DNA of 64,000 nucleotides from assembly GCF_009914755.1 (NCBI RefSeq), contig NC_060940.1. One strand, written 5' to 3'. This DNA comes from the human T2T-CHM13v2.0 reference genome, Homo sapiens. The translations under genes and the position numbers were made by a program. Below are positions 1 to 22,408 of the stretch, one piece after another (within the stretch, counting starts at the first letter, position 1; every line of letters starts with the position of its first letter). The notes under the pieces were generated by a model, which saw only the letters and a list, made by a program, of their open reading frames with translations, was not told the origin of the DNA and did not search any database.

Positions 1-297
1 CAGAAACCTTATGCTACCACAAAGAGGCCAGTCACAAAAGACCACATATTTTTCCATTAACATGAAATGTCCGGAAAAGGCCCATCTATGGAGGTAAATT
101 AGCAGTTGCCTGTGCTGGGAGTGGCAACATGAAGAGACTTGCAAGTGGGTATAAAACCACTTTTTTGGGAAGGTAGAGATGTGCTAAAGTTAGATTGTGA
201 CTACACCACTCTAAAGTTAATAAAATCCCTTGAGTTGTAAACTTAAAATGCATGTTATGGTACATAAATTATACCTCAAGAAAGTTATTAAAAAAAT
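1..297 (+). mobile_element. Old L1M (L1MB/L1MC-like) 3' end
   Basis: Typical L1M 3'UTR ending ...aaattatacctcaagaaagttattaaaaaaa. Confidence 0.7.
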
Positions 298-300
298 TTA

Positions 301-596
301 GGCCAGGTGCGGTGGCTCATGCCTGTAATCCCAGCACTTTTGGAGGCTAAGGCAGGAGGATTGCTCGGGTCCAAGAGTTCAAGACTAACCTGAGTGACAC
401 AGCGAAACTGTCTCTACAAAAAATATAAAAATCAGCCAGGCGTGGTAGCACCTTCTCTGTTCCTAGCTACTCAGGAGGTGGAGGTGGGAGGATCGAGCAT
501 GGCTTGAGCCCAGGAGGGGGAGGCTGCAGTGGGCGGAGATCATGCCACTGCACTCCAGCATAGGTGACAGAGTAAGACCCTGTCTCCAAAAAAAAT
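301..596 (+). mobile_element. Alu (J-like)
   Basis: Dimeric Alu, A-tail. Confidence 0.9.
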
Positions 597-605
597 TTTA
601 AAGCA

Positions 606-1146
606 GGCAAGGCCCAGTGGCTCACACCTGTAATCCTAGCACAGGGATTTCCAATCTTTTGGCTTTCCTGGGCCACAACGGAAGAACTGTCTTGGGCCAC
701 ACATGAAATACACTAACATTAATGATAGCTGATGAGCTTGAAAAAAAAATGGCAAAAAATTCCGAACTTTTAAGAAAGTTTAGGAATTTGTGCTGGGACA
801 CATTCAAAGCCATCCTGGGCCACATGTGGCCAGCAGACCATGGGTTGGACAAGCTTGTCCTAACAGTTTGGGAGGCTGAGGTGGGAGGATAGCTTCAGTT
901 CAGGAGTTCAAGACCAGCCTGGACAACACAGTAAGACCTTGTCTCTACAAAAAAATACTTAAAAATTAGCCAGGCATGGTGGTGCACGCCTGTAGTCTCA
1001 GCTACTCAGGAGGCTGAGGTGGGAGGATCACTTAAGCACCACAGGTTGAGGCTGCAAATCAGCCATGATCACACCACTGTACTCCAGCCTGGGTGACAGA
1101 GCAAGACCACCTCAAAAGAAATAAAATACAATAAATAAATAAATAA
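606..1146 (+). mobile_element. AluJ-like split by MER30
   Basis: Alu 5' 606-641 resumes at 858; (TAAA)n tail. Confidence 0.85.
642..857 (+). mobile_element. MER30 (hAT-Charlie non-autonomous DNA transposon)
   Basis: Starts CAGGGATTTCCAATC, ends GGTTGGACAAGCTTG; 8-bp TSD TCCTAGCA/TCCTAACA. Confidence 0.85.
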
Positions 1147-2275
1147 ATTTTTGAAAATGAAAAACCCCGACATTCAAAAATAAAATTAATTGTGTTTTCT
1201 GGAAATGTTATAGTGCAAACTTTTTACATATGTGTGCTGGTCACTCTATCCCTTGACTGATGATTACAACAAAGAGTTGAGAAAGTAATCATAAGCCCTA
1301 TTTACTCACAGGAACTCTCAAATAAGAGGACCTTCAAATATATCTCAAATAAGAGATAACTAGTTTGGCCTAAATGTATGGCACAATTTAAAGCATTTAT
1401 TTCATCATCATCATCCTGTTAGAATTTTTAAAACCACAATATTTTCAACTTTGTTCAAACTTGGAGATACCTTTCCAGGTCTACTATTTCTAGAAAAGTT
1501 CTTAGGTGAGACCTGCAAGAGACAGAGTGAGTTATTTTTTTACTGACACTATTCTCTGCCAAGGGAGAAGTTTTCCAGAGAGTACAAGGAAAGATTCAGG
1601 ATTAGCAAATTCCATCAGCTTCTTAGGAATGAAATGTCTGGGAAAATAATCTTTTTAAGAATACCACCCATTAGTCCAGTTCTCTGAAGGGAAAATATCA
1701 AACTGGAAAAACAGATTCAGACCTAAAAATAATTAAGTCACTTTAAAAGCATATTTTATCTTGATCTCTCTCCCTTTTAGGATTTCTTCAAAACAGAAGC
1801 CATAAACTTCTCAAAAGACAATTACTAGAAGAAAGTAGTCCTAATTAGGATATGTGTCAAGAAAACCTAATTATCAATTTGCCTAATTAAAATGAATATC
1901 TGAACATGCCTTAGGAATGTGAGCTTTCTCAGGTGAGACATGTACAATTTTTTTTAATCAACATCCGTCAACAGAGCCTAGCACATTATGTTAACAGGGA
2001 ACGGATGACTGAAACCAAGTGTCACACATACCACTACTGGAAGGAGTTGATGGGAATACTGTTACTCACGTAAATCACCGGTGGGAGGAAATGGGTCTTA
2101 AAGCAAAGCGCTCTTTCATTTAATTGGCAGGCTACACTTGGAAAACAAACTGCTCAATGAGCTGATTCTGCAGCAAAGGTGAAGGGTTCAGAGCTGTGAT
2201 TTTTAGGGACTGTTGCTTGAGTTAATCAAACCCCTTTGATGGTGTGTGTTTTGGCAAGAGAAGGGGAAAAGTCAG

Positions 2276-2577
2276 TTTTTTTTTTTTTTTTTTTTGAGAC
2301 ACAGTCATCACTCTGTCTCCTAGGCTAGAGTGCAGCGGGCAATCTTGGCTTACTGCAACCTCCGCCTCTCAGGTTCAAGTGATTCTCCTGCCTCAGCCTC
2401 CCAAGTAGCTGGGATTACAGGTGCCTGCCACCACACCCGGCTAATTTTTTTAATTTTAGTAGAGATGGGGTTTCGCCATGTTGGCCAGACTGGTCTTAAA
2501 CTCCTGGCCTCAAGCAATCCACCTGCCTCGGCCTCCCAAAGTGCAGGAATTACAGGCGTAAGCCACTGCTCCCAGCC
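2276..2577 (-). mobile_element. Alu (S-like)
   Basis: Poly-T then reverse Alu. Confidence 0.9.
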
Positions 2578-3196
2578 TCGAAAAGCTAGTTCTTTAACTT
2601 TCTCAGTCTGCCCAAGGGGCAAATCTACTGGCTTCCCAAGGAGTCTGGAGAGGCCTCTGATGCCTCTAAGGGCACCTCTCCAAGTTGCCAGCGATGCTAA
2701 TAGAGTCAGGACCCCGGGGAATTGTCAATGAGTGCAATGGAAGCAGCAATGGTAGGCTAGGGTTCAGCACCTAGTAATGTGAACCCACAAACCTGGGGTT
2801 CTCAGCAGAACACTCTGAGGCTGGGCCTCTCTAGGCCCTCCGTTAAATGACCCATCCTGGGTGTGTCTATGGGACTGCATGGCTCACAGAGGAGATCAAG
2901 TGCTGGCCCCACTTCTAGATTTACTCGGGGCTAAGAAAAGTTCAGAGTCACTCTCTCCTCCTATCAGCAGGGTAGGTATCTTATAGATTTATCATCAAGT
3001 CTCTCTCCAGCATCCCCATTCTTATCCAGGGGAGCTGCTCTCTGATCCTCTGGTCCCAGTGGTGGCCCCCTGGCAGCTGCAATGGCCTAGGAAGCTACTA
3101 TACCTCAGCACTCCCACCATCTCCACTGAAAGACACCCCGTGCCCAATAGGCACCTCCAGCTACAGCAAATAAACACATTCAAAGTAAACAATGGG

Positions 3197-3481
3197 GGCC
3201 AAGTGCGGTGGCTCATGCCTGTAAATCCCAGCACTTTGGGAGGCCGAGGTGCCTGAGGTCAGGAGTCCCAGACCAGCCTGGCCAACATGGCGAAACCCTG
3301 TCTCTACTAAAAACACAAAAATTAGCGGGCATGGTGGTACATGCCTGTAATCCCAGCTACTCGGGAGGCTGAAGCAGGAGAATCGTTTGAACGTGGGAGG
3401 TGGAGGTTGCAGTGAGTAGCATCACTGCACTGCAGTCTGGGTGACAGAGCTAGACTCTGTCTCAAAAAAAAAAAAAAAAAA
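3197..3481 (+). mobile_element. Alu (S-like)
   Basis: Alu with TSD aaagtaaac(a/c)atgggg. Confidence 0.9.
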
Positions 3482-4102
3482 GTAAACCATGGGGGACTAC
3501 AGAAATGCAGCCTCTGGACAAATCCTTGAGCTCCAGCTTCCAACTGGATTGCATCCCAAGTTGCTCTAAAGTAGAAATGCTTTTGTTGCCATTGCTGCAA
3601 TCAGACCACTCTTTTCAAAATAAAAATCTGATCATACATCCTTGCTTCCTCACACATCCAGCTTGAAACCTCTTGATGCTATTAGGACACGACAAAAATC
3701 CTTAGTTACCACCACCTCCCTCTCCAGCCTCAGCCCACACCATGTCCCAACCTCATCTTTCTGCTCCAGACTCAGAGACTTCCTTCAGCCCTCATCCTTC
3801 CCTTTCCCATCCTGCCATGTCCTAGGACTCTCACACTTGCTCTGCCCATGGTCCACATGGTCTTCCCTCCCTTCGTGGCCCAGTTAACTCATACTCCTCT
3901 TTTAGCAATCAGACGAAGCAACACTTCCTCAGGGAAACCCTGCGTGAATGACCTCAGAGCCCACCAGTAGCCAAGCATTATTTTTTGTGCCCTAGCTTTG
4001 TACCTGGATTATTACAAGCCTCTGAGAGCATGTAACTTGAACCACTCCCCCGCCCCCAACTTCCTATTCTCCACCATACTGGACAGTGCAATAGGAATAT
4101 AA

Positions 4103-4424
<322 letters not shown>

Positions 4425-4499
4425 CTCAACAAATATATAGGCGTGAGCCACCGCAGCCAGCCCACAACAAATATTTCTTGAACTGAAAAAAAAAATAAT

Positions 4500-5340
4500 A
4501 CAGCAGAGTAACAGGGAACTCTCATATACTGCTGGTGGGAGTATAAATTGGCACTACCACTTTGGAAGGCAGTTTGACCACATCTAGTAATGCTGGGGAT
4601 GATTATACCCTATAACCCAGAACATAGCTTGTAGGTATATGCCTCAGAGTAACTCTCCCATGTGTCCACAAAGAGATTTGTACAGAATGTTCATAACAGC
4701 ACTGTTACCAAGGGCAAAAACCAGAAACAACTAAATGGCCATTGTATTAGTCAGGATCCTTGCAGGAAATAGTTGGCATTCTCAAATTAGGATGATTTTA
4801 AAAAGGGTTTAAAAAGGGATTACTTGGTGGGGGTTGGGTGGACGAAACCTACAAGGGAGTGTGGTAACCCAAGGTTAGAAAAGCAGAACCACTGCCACTC
4901 CCACGCCTCAAAGGAGGAAATGGTTACTCAAATCCAGAACTAGAGAGAATGAGGAGAAAAGCTGTCCTGAGAAAAGGAGCGACCTTGACCTTCAGGGGTG
5001 GGGAGGAAGACAGCCAGGCGAGGCAACCCCACAGAGTAAACTGCAAGAATAAATACAGCTGCCTTTTGCTTCTCTCCCTGCTCTGATTTCTTCTCAGGGC
5101 TCCCCACTGGCTGAGCCCAAAGGAAAACCAAAAGGCAAGGAGCCCACCGATGTAGCTCACGGAGGGCAAACCCCTGGGGCATGGTGGGGAAGGGAGAAAG
5201 GTTTGGAGAGGCAAAGGGAAGATATTCAGCATATACATCAACAGAATGTATAAGGTATATAATCATCCAATGGAATGTTGCCCAGCAAGAAAAGAGCAAA
5301 ATCTTCATGTTGGACAAAAAAGACAAGGTCCATTAAAATA
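4500..5340 (+). mobile_element. L1ME-like fragment interrupted by an LTR
   Basis: gggaactctcatatactgctggtgggagtataaattgg... L1 3' ORF2 region; resumes ~5232. Confidence 0.6.
4743..5232. mobile_element. LTR33-like ERVL solo LTR
   Basis: tgtattagtcaggatccttgcaggaaatag...gatattcagca terminal motifs. Confidence 0.55.
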
Positions 5341-5351
5341 CAGTCGTCCCA

Positions 5352-5661
<310 letters not shown>

Positions 5662-6738
5662 TTACCGGAGAAACCTACTTTAGATAAGGTAGCAGGTAAA
5701 GTCTCTGAGGAAGTGAATGAACTTTAAAATGAGGTGTGACGGTTGAGAGAGCCAGGCTCACCAACCCTGCTAAAGAAGCAGAAAACAGCAAGCGCCAAGA
5801 CCCTCAGGGAAAGAACGGCCTTGGCCCTTTTAAATGCAGTTCAAACAAGGGCAACAACAAAACCTGTTGCAGAACTGGGCAAGAGAGAGAATGACAACCC
5901 TGAAGGAAGTGGACACAAGCCTGATCATATAGGGCATTTAGGGTGACTTCCCTGGGGGTATAAAGCTGGTGAGAGCCTGGGAGGCGATCTGGCTGCAGGC
6001 AGCAAAAAGCCACAGAGGGGAATCAACAAACCAGAAACAAACCTCCCTCTTTACTTAGCACCTAGCATGCGTCCAACACCGGGTTACAAAAATACTTTTG
6101 ATCTGTTTACGCTTCCAACAACCCTATGAGGCAGGTATTATCAAACCCATTTTTAAGGCAAAGCAGATAATCTAAATCCAAAATCCAAGCACTTCACTAC
6201 GACTCTCGAATGCCCTCCCTCTCTACTGCTCTGATGGGGCAGTGTTACCATTTCGGTGAATGACTTAAATAAACGTCATTATGGAGTACAGAATACATAA
6301 CGGTGAACAACCTTAATAAAACCGACACCCTCTAACATGCACCGAACGCTTATCCAGTAACACCCACAAGTATTCCCGTTTCACAGATGTGGAAGCTGAG
6401 GCCAAGATGCTAATGCACAGCTTGGAAACCAGGTCTCGCTGCAGAGTCCAAGCTGTCATTAACTATGCTTTGCTACCCTCCTCTTACTTCCCTTCTCTGG
6501 GGGAAGTTAGGTCAAGGCCAAGGAGGCTCCTAGACCAGATCGCTCTCTCGGCCTCGCCTCTCAACTGCGCCCCTGGAATCCCTAAGAGCAGGCTTTGATG
6601 CAGCTATGGCGGCTCCCAGGCCCCGGTGCAGCCCCGGATGGTGTCCGACTGGCGGAGCGCACACCTGAACAAAAGGTTCCCCCGGCGGAAGGTTCCGCAG
6701 CCCCAGAGTCCCCTCCCCGGGTGAGGGGCGGGCAGTAC

Positions 6739-6808
6739 CTGCGGGAAACGCGGCCAGGGTCCTGCCCCTGGCTCTGTGGAAAACACCCCCCGCCTCTGCA
6801 GCCGACAT
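6739..6808 (-). CDS. CPPED1: CPPED1 coding exon 1 (calcineurin-like phosphoesterase domain-containing protein 1), MSAAEAGGVFHRARGRTLAAFPA + first base of next codon
   Basis: Minus strand GCC-ATG at 6808; translation matches the recalled CPPED1 N-terminus (continues EKESEWKG... in exon 2, outside window); donor CAG|GTACTG after 70 nt (phase 1); in-frame TAA upstream at 6835-6833; lies in CpG island. Confidence 0.95.
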
Positions 6809-6919
6809 GGCGAGCGAGTTTCTGGCCTTCACTTAGAACACTGCGTGGGTGGAAGCCGCGCGACTTCACACAGAACAACCGCTGGACCTGTCCCGCTTTG
6901 GGCGACGCCCTTTGATCTC

Positions 6920-6950
6920 GGGGCGGGACTGGGGCGGGACGGGGAGGGGC
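6920..6950 (+). promoter_or_regulatory. Three tandem Sp/KLF GC boxes; G-quadruplex-capable
   Basis: GGGGCGGGAC-T-GGGGCGGGAC-GGGGAGGGGC, six G-runs of 3 or more. Confidence 0.7.
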
Positions 6951-7098
6951 CCGGTGGCTCGGGGCGCCACTAGTGCTGCCTGGGCGGAGCGGAGGCGCCA
7001 GCGGCCCCTCTGGGATCGACCTGCGCGCCTGGCGAGTGGAGACTGTCTAGGGCACGCGTGGGCGGGGATAAGGCTTTGGGGTCAGTCCTTCCCTAAAG

Positions 7099-7346
7099 GC
7101 AGAGTTACTAGATTTAACAAGTAAAAATGCAGGACTCCCGGTTAAATTGGAATTTCAGATTTTTTTTTTTAAAGAATGACTGACTTGGTATAAATATGTC
7201 CTATGCAGTATTTGGGAGCTACTTACGTTAAATTTTTTTTTCATTATCTGAAATTCCAATTGAACTGGGCGTCCTAATTTTTTTAAATTTTTCTCTTTTT
7301 GCAGGTTTGAATGGAAGCGTCCTGATTTTTTTTTATCTGACAACTC
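7099..7346 (+). mobile_element. MER53 palindromic DNA transposon
   Basis: cagagttactagatttaacaagtaaaaatgcaggac...tatctgaaattccaattgaactgggcgtcc...tatctgacaactct; inverted arms. Confidence 0.7.
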
Positions 7347-7363
7347 TATCATAAAGTCAGAAG

Positions 7364-7501
7364 GAGCCACTGGGGTGGCTTACGCCTGTAACCCCAGCTC
7401 TTTGGGAGGCCAAGGAGGGAGGATCGCTTGAGTCCAGGTGTTGGAGACCAGCCTGGGCAACACGGCGAGAGACCTTGCCAATACAAAAAAAAAAAAAAAA
7501 A
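7364..7501 (+). mobile_element. FLAM / Alu left monomer
   Basis: Single monomer plus A-tail. Confidence 0.8.
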
Positions 7502-7579
7502 GATGAAAAGGTGGACGTCTTGGAAGACTGTCTCAGCCTGAACTTCCCAGTGGCTGCCACCATCTTTCTGTTATTATCT

Positions 7580-7790
7580 TTGCTTGCTATGCACCAGGCA
7601 GGGCGCTAAGCACTTTGCACGCTGCTCACTTAATCCCCACTACAGCCCTAGGAGGTGGTGCTGTTATTAGCTGCATCCGTCATTTGGGGAAACTGACGCT
7701 CAGAGAGATGAACGAACTTGCACAAGGTGACACACATCTAGAGAGGTAGTAAAGCTGCGAGTAACCAAATTAGTGTCTCTTCAACTCAAG
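7580..7790 (-). mobile_element. MIR
   Basis: ggaaactgacgctcagagag...cttgcacaaggtgacac MIR core. Confidence 0.65.
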
Positions 7791-7893
7791 AGCCATTGTA
7801 GTGAACTACTTAGCCAGCATTTGTCAAACGTGTTGAAAATACAAATTCCAGAATGGACCTATTGAATCCAAATCTCTATGAAAATGATCTGTG

Positions 7894-8193
7894 TTTTGTT
7901 GTTGTTGTTGTTGTTTTGAGACAGGGTCTCACTCTGGTTGCCTAGGCTGGAGTGCAGTGGCACAATCTCTGCAGTCTCGATCTCCTGGGCTCAGGTGATT
8001 CTCCCACCTCAGCCTCCTAAGTGGCTGGCACTATTGGCGTGCGCCACCATGCCTGGCTAATACTTTGTATTTTTAGTAGAGACGAGTTTGACTATGTTGC
8101 CCAGGCTGATCTGGAACTCCTGAGCTCAAGCAATCCACCCACCCGGGCCTCCTAGAGTGCTAGGATTACAGGCATGAGCCACAGTGCCTGGCC
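7894..8193 (-). mobile_element. AluJ-like inside a MER5A-like remnant
   Basis: TSD tgaaaatgatctgt. Confidence 0.85.
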
Positions 8194-8359
8194 TGAAAAT
8201 GATCTGTTTTTAACAAGCACTGCAGGGGAGCTCTTATGATCTTACAAATTTGGGAAATTCTTTTCTAAACTAGCTGCCTACATCCAAAGCACTGTTTGAG
8301 TAGCTAATATGGCCATAACTACTGTTCTCTAATCCTTGACAAGAGTCACCCATGAATCA

Positions 8360-8630
8360 TAGTGGTTAAGAGTATAAATGCCTATGAGTCCTGGAGTCAG
8401 TGGGCTTGGATTAATCCCGGTTCTACCCACTTACTGGTTGTATGCTCTTGAAAATTGCATAGTTTCTCTATGCCTCAGTTTCCCTATCTGTGAAATGGAA
8501 ACAATAGTAGCATCTAGGTCATAGGGTTGCAGAAAGGCTTAAATGAGTTCATGTATCAAAGTGCTTAGAATAATAGTTCTAATAACAAATGGTAGGTACT
8601 CAATGAATATTAGCCATTGTTATTATTAAT
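8360..8630 (+). mobile_element. MIR
   Basis: tgcctcagtttccctatctgtgaaatgg core. Confidence 0.75.
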
Positions 8631-8698
8631 CAATCACTATAACCCTATTCCCTGAACATGGCCTGGCCCAGAGGAGGAGTCCCAAGAAATGTGAAGGA

Positions 8699-9135
<437 letters not shown>

Positions 9136-9293
9136 AATTAAAAGAAATGTGAAGGAGAGAATGAATTATAGAAACAGACCCTGCCTCTTATTCACTAGCT
9201 TTGCAGTCATACTGGCCATTCAGTTCATTAAACATGCAAATTAATTTCCCTCTCTGCATATGCAGTTCTTTCTGCTTAAAATGCCTCTTCCCA

Positions 9294-9675
<382 letters not shown>

Positions 9676-9874
9676 CTACCCATTTGCACACTTTGCTGAT
9701 CTAAACTAGGCCTCCCTCATTCTTTGTTAGAGCACTATGTTCTTGTCCCTTGTTGCACTTTGCACAGTTGATAATTATATGTTTTCAGGTGTAATTATTT
9801 ATTTAATGTTGACTTTCCCGACTCAACTATAAGGTCTATTAAGTTGGTTACCTTTTTAAAAAATTTACTGTTTT

Positions 9875-10289
<415 letters not shown>

Positions 10290-10503
10290 TGAGGGCAGTT
10301 ACCTTGACTGTCTAGCTCACCAAGCAGGATGCCTGAGGCATAGACACTAAATGTTTGTTGCATTAATAAATAAATGGATTATGAATATCTCAACAAGATA
10401 ACCATATTTTGAACCTCAGCAGCAATTGGGAATAGATCTATAGGCCAATCTGGAGCAACTTCAAAACTGTACCAGTGCATTGGATGATAGCAATAGCTGC
10501 AAT

Positions 10504-11651
<1,148 letters not shown>

Positions 11652-11652
11652 C

Positions 11653-13518
<1,866 letters not shown>

Positions 13519-14095
13519 TCCTCTGCCCTTTATAATTTTGGCTTTATCATCACTCTCTACAGAGAAGACTTCCTCCCAATCACTTGGAAGCTCCAGGCTC
13601 CTCCTTCATGGGAGCGGAATGGCTACAGCAGTTCTAGACCACATTCTCATGAGACACCACCCAGTGAGGTGAGGAAGGAAGTGTCTTTTATTTCCTCTGA
13701 ATCCTCCAGCAAACATCCCCTGCATCACTGCAATGCCAGTTTAAAACCAAAGTTAGAAGGATAGATGGCATATTTAAACTGGCTGCAGTCATGAGGCCCA
13801 CCCTAAAGAAGGCATGGTGTCAATTTCACCCTAGTTACATGCCTAAGAGTGGGGAGCACAATTCTCTTAAAATGAAATCTTGACGCCATTGTCCTAAGAA
13901 AGGAAGAACCAATTGTTAAAAAGAGCCAATAGGTAATCCATTACATAACCCGTGCAGGAGTGAATGTTGAGGTGGGGGTGGGGGAGTCACAAAGGCCAAT
14001 GACTACCATCCCCGCTCTCCACCCTTTAAAAAAACTGCCCTTTTTCTTCCCTCCCACTTCTTGTAACAGCTATACTTGTAAAAAGCCCTAATCTA

Positions 14096-14508
<413 letters not shown>

Positions 14509-14822
14509 TCAAGGACTCTGGGCTGCTGAGCTTTTATAGTTCTTCTGTCCACTTTTTATAGATCTTCTGTCTCCTTGCTCCCAGCCTGTGGGCAGTCACT
14601 CCTTGCTTTTTGTTGCATCTGTCTCTTGCAAGTCCTGTCTGTCTCCTTCCCTTGTTTCTCATCTGCCCCAGTTTGTGAAGCTGGATGACAAAGCTTGTTA
14701 AAACTATGAGCCAGGTTGGTTTATGGATTGGAGCCAGTAGGCTTGGCATAAGAGCGTAAGGCCGCATTTAGAGAGAAGCACTTGGGCCTTGCTTTGATGG
14801 GTATTGTCATTCCTGGTTAGGC

Positions 14823-15930
<1,108 letters not shown>

Positions 15931-15943
15931 GACAATCTATACA

Positions 15944-16296
15944 CAGTCATGCATCACTTAACGGCAGGAATAAGTTCTGAGAAACATGTCATTAGGCAAT
16001 TTCATCATTGTGTGAATATCATAGAGTGTGCTTACACAGACTTAGATGATCTTGCCTACTATGCACCTAGGTGGTGTGGTATAGCCTATGGCTCCTAGGC
16101 TATGCACCTGCACACCATGCTTCTGTGCTGAATACTGTAGGCAGGTGTAACATAATGATAAGTATTTGTGTATCTAAACACATCAAAACATAGAAAAGGT
16201 AAAGTAAAAACACAGTGTTATAATATTATGGGACTACCATCATATGTGAATATATGTGTTAGGTTGTTGACCAAAATACCATGCAGCATGTGACTG
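15944..16296 (+). mobile_element. Tigger3-like (TcMar) MITE
   Basis: CAGTCATGCATCACTTAACG...gcagcatgtGACTG terminal inverted repeats. Confidence 0.75.
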
Positions 16297-16305
16297 TATA
16301 TACAG

Positions 16306-17195
<890 letters not shown>

Positions 17196-17619
17196 TTATT
17201 TTGTGTATCTGAAATACCAATTTAATTGAGCATTCATATTGTATCTGGCACCCGTAGGCTAGTATCTACCATATTGGACAGCACACATGTGGAACATTCC
17301 CATCGATGCAGAATTTCTATTGGACAATGCTGATTCAGAACATTCATGAATAACCTGTAGCCAGTGAATCTTTCCTGTTGCTTCGGTTCTTCTGTCCGAT
17401 GGCCTACCTCTGGCATGTGGGACAGAACAGCCGTAAGTATGCTCACCTTCTCAAATGCAGTTCTCAGCCTTGGAAGCAGATAGTACTAATTGTTCCAACT
17501 ATTTTTCATCCAGAAACTTGAGTTTAACTTACCATTTAGGCTTTCTTTTCTACCTCCCCTATATTGCTTAACACTCCCTTGTAAATTACTTTCTGGATGA
17601 TAGTGGAGCTTACTGTTAA

Positions 17620-17943
<324 letters not shown>

Positions 17944-18643
17944 AACTTTCTAATCTTCATTTTTTTTTCATCTGAATAATGAACCCAGCCTCCTGAAGCA
18001 TTTAAATATTTTGCAATTGTTCTCTTGGGTTGTGAAATGAACTTTTCCCCCTTTTTCAACAAGAATAAGAATATTCCTGAAAGCTCCACTCCACTGAACT
18101 CAATTGTGCATTGACCGTACAACTTAAGCTCTTTGCAGAGGTATGAGCTCCCCAAGGCTTATGTATCCATTAGAATACACCAAGTGTCCAGAACAGGACC
18201 TGACACATAGGAAGCCCTTAATGAATACAAAGCCCTTAATAAAAAGACCCTAATCAAAGTGGAATTTGCTTCTCGGTTAAACTTACTAATGTTGAGAATC
18301 CCAAGGGCAGATTCCAAATTCCATTTAGTTTCTCCATGAATCTTGGTATTGGATGAGTTTACAATGAATAACAACAACAGAATTTTACATACTTCAACCC
18401 CCACCTCTTGCCTTGCTGTTTGTCATATATTCTTGCAAAGTAACTGTAGTCTGTTCTGGCCCTCTCAGGATGACATTTTTGTCACTGGGGGCCAGGGCAA
18501 AATTGAAAGCCACCAGTTTTGTCGGAAAACACTGTTGATACATGCAACCCTTTCTGCGTTTCATTTTCTTTCTCTATCTTCCCCCTGCTGGGCACTGTTT
18601 GATTGAAACCAAATCCTGTGTTTGCTAACATCATAACTGTGCT

Positions 18644-18929
18644 TTGTTTCCTAAGAGAAGGAACACATGTCTGAATCTGTCAGCTCTTACTGGTTTTTAT
18701 CTTCCCAAAGCACTAGCTTGGTTTTTTATTGAGCATTTAATATTCTGGACTATAAGGTCTGTACGCAGAGGCACTCCAACAACAGGATTCTGGATTTTCT
18801 CTCTTGGGACTCTGAACATATTAGTCTCAATTAGTGGTTCTCAACCCGGGCTGCACATTAGAACCGCTTGGGGAGCTTTTGAAGCATATTCGTTCCAAGA
18901 CTTCACCCTGGGAATTTCTGATTGGATGA
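18644..18929 (+). repeat. Local duplication, copy 1 (donor; includes 5' part of MER5A-like element 18832-19005)
   Basis: Colinear with 20027-20669. Confidence 0.9.
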
Positions 18930-19018
18930 GTTTTGGATGAGACCTCAGCATTGCTCTTTCAATGTCCCAGGTGATCCTAATATGAAGCTAGGGTGAAGAA
19001 CTGCTTGTCCACACTCTA

Positions 19019-19386
<368 letters not shown>

Positions 19387-19534
19387 TCAAGTGAATGGCA
19401 AGTGAACAATACAGCCTATTGCTGCTGGTGTGAGGAGACAAATGCAATACACTGCTGAGTCACTGGGCACTGGGATACATACCTTTTCATACAGAGTCCT
19501 ATTTAAGCTTCACCACAGTCTTGAAATTTTATGC

Positions 19535-21672
<2,138 letters not shown>

Positions 21673-21992
21673 CAGATTGTTATTGTTGCCATTTGATGGA
21701 TGAGAAATCTGAGGCAGCGTGAAGGATGCAAAGAAGTTAGACGTGGGTCCCACCACCAGGGCTGTGGGAAGGCATCACACGTAGATTGAGAGCTTGGAGG
21801 CCACAGAACTGGGTAGCATCTCAGCCCCACCACTGGCCATATAACCTTGAATAAGTCCCCTAGTCTTTCTCAACCACAGTGTCTTCATCTTCAAAATGAA
21901 ATACTTCATAGAGTTTTGGGGGAAATGAAATAAGAAACTGCAGGAAAACACACATTGACCTGCACGTGGTTAGCTCTCAAAAATGGTACCTG

Positions 21993-22408
<416 letters not shown>

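Larger units (their letters stand above)
6500..7080. promoter_or_regulatory. CPPED1: CpG-island promoter and 5'UTR of CPPED1 (no obvious TATA box)
   Basis: Only extended GC/CpG-rich non-repeat segment in window; spans start codon; GC boxes ~110-140 bp upstream of ATG. Confidence 0.9.

Noticed and set aside
2763-2783. REST/RE1-like TTCAGCACC
   Set aside because: Left half-site only; the GGACAG right half is absent
6530-6832. 100-aa ORF read as a single-exon protein or N-terminally extended CPPED1
   Set aside because: Starts at GTG in poor context (T at -3) right after an in-frame TAA; sequence beyond FPA is intron read-through past the GT donor
6582-7124. Overlapping GC-rich ORFs around the promoter
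   Set aside because: Stop-codon scarcity in a CpG island; no recognisable protein
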